Positions 49,701 to 63,373 of a stretch of 64,000 bases of DNA are shown here, in pieces. The stretch comes from Phoronis australis (taxonomy: Eukaryota; Animalia; Phoronida): the NCBI GenBank assembly GCA_002633005.1, contig NMRA01000055.1, positions 124,001-188,000 on the forward strand, read 5' to 3'. A program made the position numbers and the translations under genes. Position 1 is the stretch's first letter, and each line of letters starts with the position of its first letter. Below the pieces are notes generated by a model. It saw nothing but the letters and a program-made list of their open reading frames with translations. It was not told where the DNA came from and ran no database searches.

Positions 49701-52700
49701 GATTTTAATGAAACTTTTTTTAAACGAAAACTTCACCTGTTAGCTCAAAAACTTTGTTAGGAATTTTCGATTAGTCTTTCGTTTGGTTTCTAGGACAAAT
49801 TAACTCGCAAAACCTAAGGAATCTTTGTAAAAAAAAAGGAAGTCGTATTCGTTTTTGTTACATTACGCAAAAAATAGGCCTTTATATCCAAAATCCGAAT
49901 AGTGTTTTTGAGACTGATGACTAAATATTAAATTTGGAAAGTTTCAGTGAAATCCACCAAGCCGCATTTGAGAACTCTTGTTTCTAAGTTCAAATAAAGT
50001 CGATTTGATGAAGCTGAGAAAAAGCTGATTAAACTGGAACAAGTGAAAATCTAAAAGTCTTCGGTTAATTAATCGGTGAAAACTTGTTTTCGGTACACAT
50101 AATCTATACAAGCCTTAAATACGTTTGCTATTTCAACATTCACTCGCAATGTCAACTGATTTTGCGTACTGTTCCCAGCGAACTCTTACTGTTGTTTGCG
50201 ACCTTTTGACCTTCACAGTTCATTGTTATACACATAGCCTGGACACGTCACGTGCTGGGAGACTGATGCAAAACCAAGTAAGTAGCACGAGATCGAAACA
50301 TTGAAATGTCAATTTATTAATTGAATGAAGGAATTAGGGTGAGGATTTATCTCTTTTCACAACTTGTTGTGTTCATGACCACAGAGGCTTGAGGCGACCG
50401 TAGTATTTGTTCTCAATGCCAATGGTCGTATGTGCATGTGGACGCACAACTCCCTTAGGATCAAAACTACTGTCTGTTTTCCCCGGCACCATTCTACCAC
50501 AAGTACACATCGTTGACTCAATGCTATGGCGATTTTGTGAATGAAAGGACTGAGGGTATACGAAGCTGTTCTGTTCCTGGCGAGAGATTCGATTTGATTG
50601 AAAGCCCTTTAACCTTTGACCTTGGATAAGTAGTAAACAAATATCCACGTGGTTGTGCGGTTCCAAGTTGGTTCTGTTAAATCTTTTTTTCTCGCTATGC
50701 AGTATATATTTTGTATTTGAAGTTCCCCGAGAATGAAGATAAGGTATTTTTCTAGATACATGTGAAATATTGTAAAAATGGCCATTTTTGTGAATAAGGT
50801 TTTAGATAACCTTAAACTAGTTCCATAGCAAAAGAGAATAACTATACAGACACTGACACTGTGTGTATTCAACAGTTGATAAACCAGAAAGAATTTCTTT
50901 ATGCTGGTGTGGTGGTGGTTTGCCTTGTCACTCACATCATTTTAATGGTTTCAGAAGACCATGTGTTGGATAAAAACAGCCAGAGGTCAAACTTTCCAAA
51001 TGCTGTGAAGAGACAGATTTGCTCTCAAACTCATCTTAAAAACAACAGGCCAAAGCCTTTTGCACATTGTCTACACAACACAGAACTAAATTAAAGGTAT
51101 TGGCCCAAGGTTAAACATCGATAAATAATGATAGGAGAAGTCATTTTTAACAAACCTCAGACAAACACCATAGTTCACTAGAGACGCATGCTTTAAATAG
51201 AGAACATGACATGAACAGACAGCAACTTTGGTCAGTCCATGTGTGTGTGTGTCTGTAGTGGCTGCATTGATCATGACTACAATCAGAGATTGCCTTGCGC
51301 ATGGCCTCTGTCCGATGTCAGCAACTTCTCTCACATTAGTATACAGAGGTAACCTTAGAAGCAGAGAGTGGATGGGACACGCTCCATTTGATGCGTTTCT
51401 ACATTTGTAAAGCGTGGAGAAGTCCCGGGTGTATACCTTTAATTCACTTTGTGCCCTTGACATGATGACTCCGAGCTAAGACCTTTATTGTCCTTTGATA
51501 TTTACAAACAATGTCTGGCTGCAAGTCATTTGTTATGTTAGAATAAAAAGAAACATCCCAGCTCATACTCAGATTACATACTTGTTTTTCTAGTAGGCTA
51601 ACTCTCCTTTGCAGCTGCTGAATCATCAGATCACTTCCAGAACTTCCACCAGCTGAAGGGCCTGCGAAATCAAACAAATGCACTGAACGTCCTTTTGTAT
51701 ATAGCAAATGATTATGGTGTCTATATGGACAAAGTTATGAAGGGTACAACCTGATAGCCAATACCACAATGCTTTATGGATGAATTACAAATCTTAACTG
51801 CCATTTTAACTGGATCCAAAAACAAATTTCACTTGATCCCTTCTCCAGGTGAAGACACTTGATTAGTCCAATGTTAACCTACTGTCCTGGCTTACCTAGG
51901 AGTTAGTCATATCTAGCCAAAGTCTTTCTCAGAAATTTTATTGTAATCACCAAGATCAAACCACATGATCAGTTTGGAACAATCTATCCAAAATTTAAAA
52001 AACGTTGTCAAACAGATAAGCTATAAATATGGCCAGATTTCAGCTGAAAATATGGGCTGGAAAAGTGTATGGTGTAAAATAAAAGGAGTAAGAAAAGTTT
52101 TTGGCACATCTGCTACGGTTGTCCTGATTAGCACCCACGTTGGTTTGGTGAATAGCCAAAATTCAAAATTTTCCCTACTATCTCAAAGACAGCAAGCAGA
52201 CTGAGCATTTACAAACAAAACTTTATAAAATAAACATTACATAGACATCTTTTACTGTGGACATAACATGCTGACCCAGGTCAGTTGACCATCTGGTCAC
52301 CACTACTGTGAAGTGTAGTAGTATTATCTAGTACTATCAGTTGACCAGAGGTCACTATCAGTTAACCACAATTCCCTATCAGTTGACCACTTCTTGTTCT
52401 CAAACTATTTAAAGTAAAATTCCAAACAAGTACACTTGCATTGAGGAAGTTACAAAACAATACAAAATACTCTTTAACAAAAGGCCTAACAATAAGGTAT
52501 GATATTGTACAATTTGTCAAAATTTTATTCCATGCATTCAAGGAATCAACAACAGCAAAACTGCAGCATTTGAATCCAGCAGAATTCTGGAATACTCCAT
52601 GAAGATTATAAAAAACATTCTTAACCTTAAAATATACAAAACAACAGGTACTAACCCAGAAGGTTTTGACAGTAATTGGAGAAAGATGACTAAAAATCTT

Positions 52701-55700
52701 TTCGAAAATGTTTTACATGATTCTTTTAACACTAAACTGACCAGCTCCAGATGATGAGTTCTTTAGCAGTATTATGACAACAATAGCTAGCACCAGGGCA
52801 CCCAAGGCAAGAACAGTGGACATCACCACGGCAACGCACAGGCACGGTGATGACTTGCTGGGAGGGAAATCTGACCGGATACTGCCCATGCTTTTGTATT
52901 CTGGCATACTATCATAAAGAGGATTCTCCCGACGTCTGAAACAAAATGCTTATTTTATCACGTCTGCCCACTTGTAAGCCAATTTCACATTATAAGATCT
53001 AATAGTTAACAAGATTGTAACAACAACCCAAACCTGAAAATTGAGAACAATGAAACACGAATAATGATTAGTTAGTTCACAATTATCACGAATATGCTTT
53101 TCTTAAAGTTTTTTTACTTTAAAGTGAATCATCTAGAATATAAACTGAGCAGTCAAAATTGGAAAAAAAATGCATGTTTGCCAACAACAGATAAAAATCA
53201 TATTCAAGCCTCATGTAACATGATGACATTCCATTTACAAAAATTGGTCAAGTGTGTCCGGTGGTTAATGGTGTTCAAGTGAAAAATGTAGAATAATGAC
53301 TTCTTTGACATCAGGTAGGTCAAGTAATGATAACAAGACAGATATGACTTCTAATTAACAAGGCTTGACCGACTAATTAAAGTACATTGCTATCACTTAT
53401 CTTTGAACTAAATAATTTTGAATTACGATAATTGCAAGAAAATGATTAAAATGTGGAGTAGCGACACTTTTAACATCGTGTAGGTCAAGTAACGATAACA
53501 AGACAGATATGACTCCTTATTAGTATGGCTTGACCAACTAAGGAAAGTACATTACTATCACTTATCTTTGAGTTAAATTATGATTGCAAATAAGGAGTGG
53601 GGTTATTGAAGATCCCCCAGCAGTCATGACAAAAGTGCTTGCCATAACATCAGAACCGCTAACCAGCATGTTTATATACACAACTTTTACATTCTAAAGC
53701 AAATTGAACAATGTTCATCAAGATGAACATTTCTGCAACTTGCTTACAAAAACTGCGAGTCAAATTTCCTTTTTATGTAAAGCTGTAGTAGAACTAACCT
53801 CTGTTCGGAACTTGTGCCCGACCTCATGTTGGGATCACTTGTGTCCGACCTCATGTTGGGATCAATATCTGCGACACTAGTTGCCCTACTGTTGGGCGGT
53901 GTGGGAAGTTTCGTTGACGGGAGATCTTCCGGAATGTCTGCATACAGTGTTGGCTGGCGTCTGCTCATGAACAACAGTATTACCATAATTATTATTATCA
54001 ATGCACACCGTAAAACCTCACCAATTTACAACACAGTAAGGCTGACAAGTGAACTTTTATTTTCTTACTAGTTCTTTGACGGAACATATGTAGCGCCAAA
54101 AGTAATCATATGGTTTTCAATGTTCAAGTTTTGTATCACAGCTATCAGCTGACAATATTTTGAGAAATTGTGGATGTCCAGTCTATGAAAAATCAATCGG
54201 CATTTTAACAATTATTCTGTCAGAAATTGGTGAGATTTTGCTGTGTGTAACAACAGTCAATATCAAGTGAACTAAGATTTCAAGCCTGAAAAGATTTCTG
54301 TCCCAGCCAGGGCTTGAACAGCAATATTTTTGAAATTGCAATCATTTGCCTCTTGACTTGACCATGTTGACTCTATAAAGGTTACAAAGTCTGCAAACTT
54401 TATTTACATAAATATAATTATGAACATTCTTTCTAGAGTTCATAGAAGTAATACACAACCAAAAATATATTTCTCAATATACAGAGTTATCTACATAAAA
54501 TGAATTCTAGTGCAGACTTGTAGAAACTAAACATGACTTTGCCAACAAAATTCATTTGACAAAAGCACGAGTATCTGTTACATCATGGAATGCAACACTT
54601 TCATACCAGCAGACTGTTTTTTAGTTTTAGTCAAAAATTTACACGTACTGGCCTTTGAAAAAATCACCTTTCATGTACAATAAAATATTTTAACATGACT
54701 TGTAAACCAGTGACAAAATATTTGATCATGCGAGAGGATTAAGCATACTGCTCTATCTCAACATACAGCTTCACATTGCATTACTATGCATGTTCTAACA
54801 TCTGTCCATAAATATCTAATCTGTTTACCATAAGAAGCTCAAAAATCAGTCGCAGGTCGGTAGTAGGAAAATGCCAAATATTACCTCACAGATCCTTATT
54901 ACATACACGCGTATTGTGACCTATGTATTTATATCAATAAGTGCTTTTTCAGCAAAATAATTCACTAAAGAGTTTCATGTACAGGTGCAAGCACCGATGC
55001 TTACTTAAAGGCACAGAGCTGAATCAGTGCATGTCTGAAATAGAAGGTTTTCTGTATGTTTTTACCCACTTTTGTTTATAATGTAATGAAAAACTGAATG
55101 CTCATCAACATCTGCCATTTTGCAAAAGATACCTTAAGCTTCACTCATCATCTGTTTCTAAAAGTTTCTTCCTAAATATTGCACATAGGTATATACACCA
55201 ATTCCATAAGGATTAATTACCATGGAGCTTAAATTGGGGAACTCAGACATCAGGGGGTAAGAGAATAAAATATGGGGAAACAAAAACAATCTTTTTTTAA
55301 AGTAGGGCAGTAGGTATTTACCTGAATGGTAGATTCAGGAAAACATGTCAGTTTGGCATGAAAGGTGCAAATGTAAACACTTCAGAGAACGACATTTTGC
55401 GAAATAGAATGAAAAACAATAATGATAACAATGCTTGGCATAACAGCCCATGAAAAGGCAATAACACTTGGCAGAAAGAGCAGAGTAATCATTGATCTTC
55501 TAACTCCCAATTATCAATCCCTGTGTTTACATTTACATACAGTATCGCATTGTTCGAGAATGCCAAGTAGTGGTGATCCCAATGTCATAACTGAGTTTTA
55601 TTTATTCTTACCATGCTTTAGAAGTTACAACACAACAGTCGTGTTTATACTAAGGATAATAAAAATAAGAAAGTCCACTGTATCCAATTCTTGAGTAAAG

Positions 55701-58519
55701 GTTCTCACAGGATTTGGTTGGTAACAATGATGGTAGTGAACCATGATGATGATAGGTGTCAGAGACATGGGTGTAATACAACATATACACTCAGTTGCAA
55801 AATGATCGGTCGAACGTATTATTACAGGGCCATGTCACGTGACAGAGTAGAACTCTGGTGAGGTATCTACTCTATACATACACAGGGCCATGTCACATGA
55901 CTGAGTAGAACTCTGGTGAGGTATCTACTCTATACATACACAGCACCACAGTGACTGAGTAGAACTCTGGTGAGGTATCTACTCTTATACATACACAGCA
56001 CCACAGTGACTGAGTAGAACTCTGGTGAGGTATCTACTCTATACATACACAGCACCACAGTGACTGAGTAGAACTCTGGTGAGGTATCTACTCTATACAT
56101 ACACAGCACCACAGTGACTGAGTAGAACTCTGGTGAGGTATCTACTCTATACATACACAGCACCACAGTGACTGAGTAGAACTCTGGTGAGGTATCTACT
56201 CTATACATACACAGCACCACAGTGACTGAGTAGAACTCTGGTGAGGTATCTACTCTATACATACACAGCACCACAGTGACTGAGTAGAACTCTGGTGAGG
56301 TATCTACTCTATACATACACAGCACCACAGTGACTGAGTAGAACTCTGGTGAGGTATCTACTCTATACATACACAGCACCACAGTGACTGAGTAGAACTC
56401 TGGTGAGGTATCTACTCTATACATACACAGCACCACAGTGACTGAGTAGAACTCTGGTGAGGTATCTACTCTATACATACACAGCACCACAGTGACTGAG
56501 TAGAACTCTGGTGAGGTATCTACTCTATACATACACAGCACCACAGTGACTGAGTAGAACTCTGGTGAGGTATCTACTCTATACATACACAGCACCACAG
56601 TGACTGAGTAGAACTCTGGTGAGGTATCTACTCTATACATACACAGCACCACAGTGACTGAGTAGAACTCTGGTGAGGTATCTACTCTATACATACACAG
56701 CACCACAGTGACTGAGTAGAACTCTGGTGAGGTATCTACTCTATACATACACAGCACCACAGTGACTGACCATCATTCACATTACAGCAAGGACGTGAAA
56801 TTATCCAAAACAGGAAGTGTGAAGACAGGGCCTTAATAGACACCTTGCAGACTTCAGAACAGAAAAAAAACCCCGACTTAAATGGCGGTTAGTTTAATAC
56901 ATCAAAATAGAAGGATAAGATTCACTCAAGATTGATCTCTAGTTTCCAGTTTCACAACATTAAGTTCATGCTGTATATTGCTGACTTGTAATACCCTTAA
57001 ATACCATCCACACTGTATAAAACGCCCCCTCAAGAAAACAATTGCATAGAGACAAACTTAGCTTAAAGCATGTCCAAACAGTTGTTTTCTACTAAGTTAT
57101 TCATGCATAACATGGTTTTGAATGATTTCAGCTTTCAGCCATGACCAGGCTACAGTCTGATAAATGAAAAGAAATGGTTATTTTAATACATCACCAACAA
57201 AACAGACAGTCAATGTATGGTGAAATCACCTGTGACCTCAAAACCCTACACAACTTACTTGAAACCAGGTAACTGTTCGTATTCATGCCCTTCAACAGCC
57301 ACACTCTCTGGCCGATACTTGGGTTGAGAATTGGTGGGGTAGGGTGGAGGGTTTCTGTATTGAGGTTTTTTCCACGATGCTGTGAGATCGTCAAATTGTA
57401 TGCCGTCTACATTATCCATGACCACCCCTAAAGTGTGAAAAACATGCAAATGAATCTACGTAATTTTCTGGCAACTAGTGAACACAGTTATTGCATCAAT
57501 ATTGTTTTTAGTAAGCCATTTACCAATGGTTCTTTGATTTTAAACTTTGAGAGAGCACAGCAGACCAAACATTCACTTCCTTCAGTAAAAAGGTTAAAAT
57601 TCTTGTATGACAGCACACATCTTTTATCTAATTCGCAATTGAATTAACATCAGAACAGCATCAAAACTAAATTTTGAGGTACCATATCAATTATCATAAC
57701 ACAATTTACTGTACATTTTGCTATTTGTACTCTATTTCTATTTTAGCATATTGCCTCTGTCACATAAAGCTTCTTATAAGTTTGCGACACTAAAATTGTA
57801 CGACAGACAGATAACTGTCAGTAGGTCACCTGGAGAGATGACCATGTGTTGGCGTAAAAAATCATCAAACAAAACTACTCAATTAGGTAGATTGGCCAAA
57901 CATTGATGTGACCAAAGACATCAAGTAATTAGAAAGCACATGATGAACATGACAATTACAAAGTATTATTCTAAAAGCATATCTCATCAAGTACCAGTTC
58001 TCCGATCCACAACCATTAGCATTACACGATAAATTACAATAAAAACCAACTGTGACTTGATCACAAAAAGCTATAAATCACAATAACCTGATAACAAACA
58101 AGAAAGAATTATCACATTTTAATATTTACATCAAAATCTACCAAAAAGGTACCTATGTAAAACAAATTTACAAACCTCAGTTCTGTAATAAGTGTCAGTT
58201 ATAACAACAATTATGCTGTCTTTCACACATAAACTTTGGCAATCAAATTTATTGGAACACCAATTAGTCTTAATTAGCTGGAATAACATATTTATTAAAG
58301 GGAAAACTTAAAGCACATAAAATAATTACACCAGTCATCTTAAATACCTGAGTCCGGTGACTGCACTGGTGGGCCACCTGGTGGCAGGTTCCAATCGGAC
58401 TTCATGCGTACGGTAGACCTTGGCTCAAGATATTCATCGTCGACGCGACGTGTTGGCGGTGAATTTCTGTCCATAATGAGTGCTTGACTACTTTCTCGCT
58501 CAGATCGGTTCAAAAACAT
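40749..58519 (-). CDS. Type II transmembrane coiled-coil/short-collagen protein (scavenger-receptor-class-A-like layout) with C-terminal 6-Cys domain, 553 aa
   Basis: Eleven GT-AG exons join in frame: 58519-58348, 57427-57259, 53960-53799, 52935-52742, 51661-51582, 49309-49175, 47714-47547, 47229-47146, 46632-46402, 44279-44178, 40913-40749 (1662 nt). The ATG is preceded by an in-frame TAA. TM CLCVAVVMSTVLALGALVLAIVVIILL; heptad-like, N-glycosylation-rich stalk; GPAGPRGLPGPEGIQGPSGAG; C-terminal ...GWKVLGVECS...YRCKCKG...WRCIIYVWVCPVLS*. Confidence 0.85.
41563..42945 (-). mobile_element. Internally deleted Kolobok-like transposon with THAP-domain relic
   Basis: Flanked by TTAA at 41559-41562 and 42946-42949, with imperfect TIRs. 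Minus strand: LHRFPMDDTLHCTWLIRVK...RVCG (THAP signature) and EFIVDLTKVLELFRMCQEC. Plus strand: YMFEP (41992-42006). Confidence 0.6.
44936..45075. repeat. 16-bp near-palindromic alternating purine-pyrimidine minisatellite (CATGTGCACGTACATG) ~8 copies
   Basis: Directly visible, with strict YR alternation. Confidence 0.95.
46195..46433 (-). repeat. Five tandem copies of the collagen-exon 3' end plus splice donor
   Basis: CACGTGGCCTCCCTGGCCCAGAGGGTATTCAG|GTA(A/C)ATCAC (minus strand) occurs at the true exon end (46402) and four more times in the intron. Confidence 0.9.
49386..49431 (+). ncRNA. Degenerate minimal type I hammerhead-like motif (second family)
   Basis: AGTGGC-CTGATGA-a-GTCCTC(gagag)GAGGAC-GCAA-CGTA-GCCCACT. 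Perfect 6-bp stem II and plausible stem I, but GAAA is GCAA. Confidence 0.55.
49478..50811. mobile_element. Kolobok-like non-autonomous element, 1.33 kb
   Basis: TIRs GGTTATCTCCAACCTTATT and AATAAGGTTTTAGATAACC, flanked by TCAA and TTAA (TTAA-type TSD with one mismatch). Confidence 0.7.
53314..53580. repeat. ~100-bp imperfect direct repeat (two copies)
   Basis: gtaggtcaagtaa(t/c)gataacaagacagatatgact...ggcttgacc...aagtacatt(g/a)ctatcacttatctttga at ~53315 and ~53480. Confidence 0.8.
55825..56770. repeat. 54-bp minisatellite (CACAGTGACTGAGTAGAACTCTGGTGAGGTATCTACTCTATACATACACAGCAC) ~17 copies
   Basis: Identical tandem units. The 276-aa ORF is this repeat read in a stop-free frame. Confidence 0.97.
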
Positions 58520-58852
58520 TTAATGTCTGAAATAGAAAGACCAAGAAATACTAGTGAAATATCTAAAGATAAAAGAGCCAGAGACAGTCCCAAGTTATCT
58601 AAAGATGGATGAGGGGAGGGGGTGGTGATGGAAGGACTGAGGGCAATGCTAAAGGCGTGGAGAGGAAGACTGAGAGTGTCAACTGGTTAGAGGTAAGAGT
58701 AGAGGGAGAGGGACGCACTGACGGAAACGCAGAACGGAGGGACGGTGAAAGAAATGGCACTGTAATAAAAAAAATGACAACATGCATAAAGTTGTCAACA
58801 ATTCCAAAAGTCTCCAATAAACAGAGGCTAACTACAGCAGACCAACACTAAC

Positions 58853-60028
58853 AACAAGAGCAACGCGAAGTGTTGAAATGCGCCCATGAATGCATTGGAA
58901 ATGGTGTGCTTTTAGGGTTATTGATTTGTATCATAAAAATGGCCACTAGATGGCGCAAAACATACAATCCATCCAAAAACAGGAACATGCCATATTTCAT
59001 AAAAAATCTGTCAAGGATCTTCAGAGAAACAAAGGAAAACAGAATAAAATGAAATTGTCACTAGTGGGCACAGTGTCCGTTGGATCTGCCTGAAAGTCGT
59101 CGTCTGTTGTTATCTTCATATAAATACAATTACTAAATTTAGTAAAGATCCTGCTAGCAGTGGGTTTAGGAGAAACAACTATGGGCACAAAACAACACTA
59201 CCACTAGGAGGCACCACAGTAGTCAGTCACCATCATCAAAGTTACTCTTCACACTGGGAACACATATGCCAATTTTCAAATGATTTGGTTGATACAAGGG
59301 TCGATACCAAAAACAAGATTTGAAAACAGCAAAAATGGCCACTAGGTGGTGCAAAATACCTCGATTCCATCCAAAAACAGGAAGATAGCGTCATCACACC
59401 AATAGATGCCTATATTCAAAATTTTATGAAAATCTGTTGAGGACCTTTGAAGATACTGAGTTAAACGTAAAAAACTAAAATTGCCACTAGGGGGCACAGC
59501 AGTAGTCAGATTTATCCGAAAGTCATCGTCATCCGTAGTCAACATCACGCAAATACACTTGCTAAATTAAGTAAAGATCCTGCGAACGGTTTAGGAGATA
59601 CAGTCACAGGCGCAACAAAAACAAAACTGCCACTAGGAGGTGCCACATTGTCAAAATCGTCAGAAAATCATCGTCAACCGTCCTCTACATAGAAAGCATA
59701 TACATGCCAATTTTCACAATCATCCTTTGATCGGTTTGGTTGATAGATGGGTGGACGCAAAAAAACTCGAAAACAGTAAAAATGGCCACTAGGTGGCGCA
59801 AACTACATCGAATCCATCCGAAAACAGGAGGATAGCATCGCCTCACTAATAAGTGCCTACATATTAAATTTCATGAAAATCCGTTAGGACTTTTGAAGAT
59901 ATAAAGGTAAAACGTAAAAAACTAAAATTGCCACTAGGGGGCACACCGGTAGTCAGATCTGTCCAAAAGTCATCTTCGTCTATTGTTAACATCATATAAA
60001 TATACTTACTAAATTTTGTAAAGATCCT
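58853..60028 (+). mobile_element. HINE, same family as 21935-23792 (5' part, cut by the gap)
   Basis: AACAAGAGCAACGC...GAAATGCGCCCA start and the same CCACTAG(G) tandem subunits. Confidence 0.85.
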
Positions 60029-60936
60029 NNNNNNNNNNNNNNNNNNNNNNNNNNNNNNNNNNNNNNNNNNNNNNNNNNNNNNNNNNNNNNNNNNNNNNNN
60101 NNNNNNNNNNNNNNNNNNNNNNNNNNNNNNNNNNNNNNNNNNNNNNNNNNNNNNNNNNNNNNNNNNNNNNNNNNNNNNNNNNNNNNNNNNNNNNNNNNNN
60201 NNNNNNNNNNNNNNNNNNNNNNNNNNNNNNNNNNNNNNNNNNNNNNNNNNNNNNNNNNNNNNNNNNNNNNNNNNNNNNNNNNNNNNNNNNNNNNNNNNNN
60301 NNNNNNNNNNNNNNNNNNNNNNNNNNNNNNNNNNNNNNNNNNNNNNNNNNNNNNNNNNNNNNNNNNNNNNNNNNNNNNNNNNNNNNNNNNNNNNNNNNNN
60401 NNNNNNNNNNNNNNNNNNNNNNNNNNNNNNNNNNNNNNNNNNNNNNNNNNNNNNNNNNNNNNNNNNNNNNNNNNNNNNNNNNNNNNNNNNNNNNNNNNNN
60501 NNNNNNNNNNNNNNNNNNNNNNNNNNNNNNNNNNNNNNNNNNNNNNNNNNNNNNNNNNNNNNNNNNNNNNNNNNNNNNNNNNNNNNNNNNNNNNNNNNNN
60601 NNNNNNNNNNNNNNNNNNNNNNNNNNNNNNNNNNNNNNNNNNNNNNNNNNNNNNNNNNNNNNNNNNNNNNNNNNNNNNNNNNNNNNNNNNNNNNNNNNNN
60701 NNNNNNNNNNNNNNNNNNNNNNNNNNNNNNNNNNNNNNNNNNNNNNNNNNNNNNNNNNNNNNNNNNNNNNNNNNNNNNNNNNNNNNNNNNNNNNNNNNNN
60801 NNNNNNNNNNNNNNNNNNNNNNNNNNNNNNNNNNNNNNNNNNNNNNNNNNNNNNNNNNNNNNNNNNNNNNNNNNNNNNNNNNNNNNNNNNNNNNNNNNNN
60901 NNNNNNNNNNNNNNNNNNNNNNNNNNNNNNNNNNNA
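60029..60936. other. Assembly gap (N run)
   Basis: Run of n characters. Confidence 1.
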
Positions 60937-61024
60937 GAAATGGTTATTTTAATACATCACCAACAAAACAGACAGTCAATGTATGGTGAAATCACCTGTG
61001 ACCTCAAAACCCTACACAACTTAC

Positions 61025-62293
61025 TTGAAACCAGGTAACTGTTCGTATTCATGCCCTTCAACAGCCACACTCTCTGGCCGATACTTGGGTTGAGAATTGG
61101 TGGGGTAGGGTGGAGGGTTTCTGTATTGAGGTTTTTTCCATGATGCTGTGAGATCGTCAAATTGTATGCCGTCTACATTATCCATGACCACCCCTAAAGT
61201 GTGAAAAACATGCAAATGAATCTACGTAATTTTCTGGCAACTAGTGAACACAGTTATTGCATCAATATTGTTTTTAGTAAGTCATTTACCAATGGTTCTT
61301 TGATTTTAAACTTTGAGAGAGCACAGCAGACCAAACATTCACTTCCTTCAGTAAAAAGGTTAAAATTCTTGTATGACAGCACATATCTTTTATCTAATTC
61401 GCAATTGAATTAACATCAGAACAGCATCAAAACTAAATTTTGAGATACCACATCAATTATCATAACACAATTTACTGTACATTTTGCTATTTGTACTCTA
61501 TTTCTATTTTAGCATATTGCCTCTGTCACATAAAGCTTCTTATAAGTTTGCGACACTAAAACGTTCATATTGTACAACAGACAGATAACTGTCAGTAGGT
61601 CACCTGGAGCGACGACCATGTGTTGGCGTAAAAAATCATCAAACAAAACTACTCAATTGGGTAGATTGGCCAAACACTGATGTGACCAAAGACATCAAGT
61701 AATTAGAAAGCACATGATGAACATGACAATTACAAAGTATTATTCTAAAAGCATATCTCATCAAGTACCAGTTCTCCGATCCACAACCATTAGCATTACA
61801 CGATAAATTGCAATAAAAACCAACTGTGACTTGACCACAAAAAGCTATAAATCACAATAACCTGATAATAAACAAGAAAGAATTATCACATTTTAATATT
61901 TACATCAAAATCTACCAAAAAGGTACCTATGTAAAACAAATTTACAAACCTCAGTTCTGTAATATGTGTCAGCTATAACAACAATTATGCTGTCTTTCAC
62001 ACATAAACTTTGGCAATCAAATTTATTGGAACACCAATTAGTCTTAATTATCTAGAATAACATATTTATTAAAGGGAAAACTTAAAGCACATAAAATAAT
62101 TACACCAGTCATCTTAAATACCTGAGTCCGGTGACTGCACTGGTGGGCCACCTGGTGGCAGGTTCCAGTCGGATTTCATGCGTACGGTAGACCTTGGCTC
62201 AAGATATTCATCGTCGACGCGACGTGTTGGCGCTGAATTTCTGTCCATAATGAGTGCTTGACTACTTTCTCGCTCAGATCGGTTCAAAAACAT
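61025..62293 (-). CDS. Second (probably allelic) copy of the first two coding exons of the type II membrane protein
   Basis: Exons 62293-62122 and 61193-61025 are nearly identical to 58519-58348 and 57427-57259 (e.g. DRNSAPTRR vs DRNSPPTRR). They lie in block 60937-62563, which duplicates 57170-58790. Confidence 0.6.
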
Positions 62294-62563
62294 TTAATGT
62301 CTGAAATAGAAAGAGCAAGAGTTACTAGCGAAATATCTAAAGATAAAAGAGCCAGAGACAGTCCCAAATTATCTAAAGATGGATGAGGGGAGGGGGTGGT
62401 GATGGAAGGACTGAGGGCAATGCTAAAGGCGAGGGGAGGAAGACTGAGAGTGTCAACTGGATAGAGGTATGAGTAGAGGGAGGGGGACACATTGACGGAA
62501 AGGCAGAACGGAGGGACGGTGAAAGAAATGGCACTGTAATAAAAAAAATGACAACATGCATAA

Positions 62564-63373
62564 ATTTTCACAATCATCCTTTGATCGGTTTGGTTGATAG
62601 ATGGGTGGACACAAAAAAACAGACTCGAAAACAGTAAAAATGGCCACTAGGTGGCGCAAACTACATCGAATCCATCCGAAAACAGGAGGATAGCATCGCC
62701 TCACTAATAGGTGCCTACATATTAAATTTCATGAAAATCCGTTAGGACTTTTGAAGATATAAAGGTAAAACGTAAAAAACTAAAATTGCCACTAGGGAGC
62801 ACACCGGTAGTCAGATCTGTCCAAAAGTCATCTTCGTCTATTGTTAACATCATATAAATATACTTACTAAATTTTGTAAAGATCCTGCGAACGGTTTAGG
62901 AGATATAGCCTCTTCATAGTTAGCACATACATGCCAATTTTTACAATCATCCTCTCAGCGGTTTGGTTGAACGAGGGGTGGACGCAAAAAACAGACTCGA
63001 AAAAAGAAAAAATGGCCACTAGGTGGCGCAAAATAAATCAAATCCATCCGAAAATGGGAGCATAGTGTCATCTCACTAATAGGTGTGTACATACCAAATT
63101 TCATGAAAATCCGTTCAGGACTTTTGAAGATACAAAGGTAAGCGTAAAAAAATTTAATTACCACTAGGGGGCACACCGGTAGTCGGATCCGTCCGAAAGT
63201 TCGCTCATGCCGTCCCATTCAAGAATGGAACATATATGCCACATTTCATGAACGTATGTCAAAGGGTTTTGGAGATAGAGCAGCGGACGCCGGACAGACG
63301 CCGCCCGGACGGACCAACGGACAGAGATGACGGCATAATGCGTCCACATATAAATATGTGGGCGCATAAAAAA
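62564..63373 (+). mobile_element. HINE 3' part (same family), 5'-deleted
   Basis: CCACTAG(G) subunits, GGAC microsatellite, and the terminal hairpin ATGCGTCCACATATAAATATGTGGGCGCAT followed by AAAAAA. Confidence 0.85.

Noticed and set aside
54297-54365. tRNA/SINE-like head on the minus strand
   Set aside because: Only a partial B box (GTTCAAGCC) and a poor A box; no cloverleaf.
55930-56760. 276-aa ORF
   Set aside because: Pure translation of a 54-bp tandem repeat, with a non-ATG start and no exon evidence.
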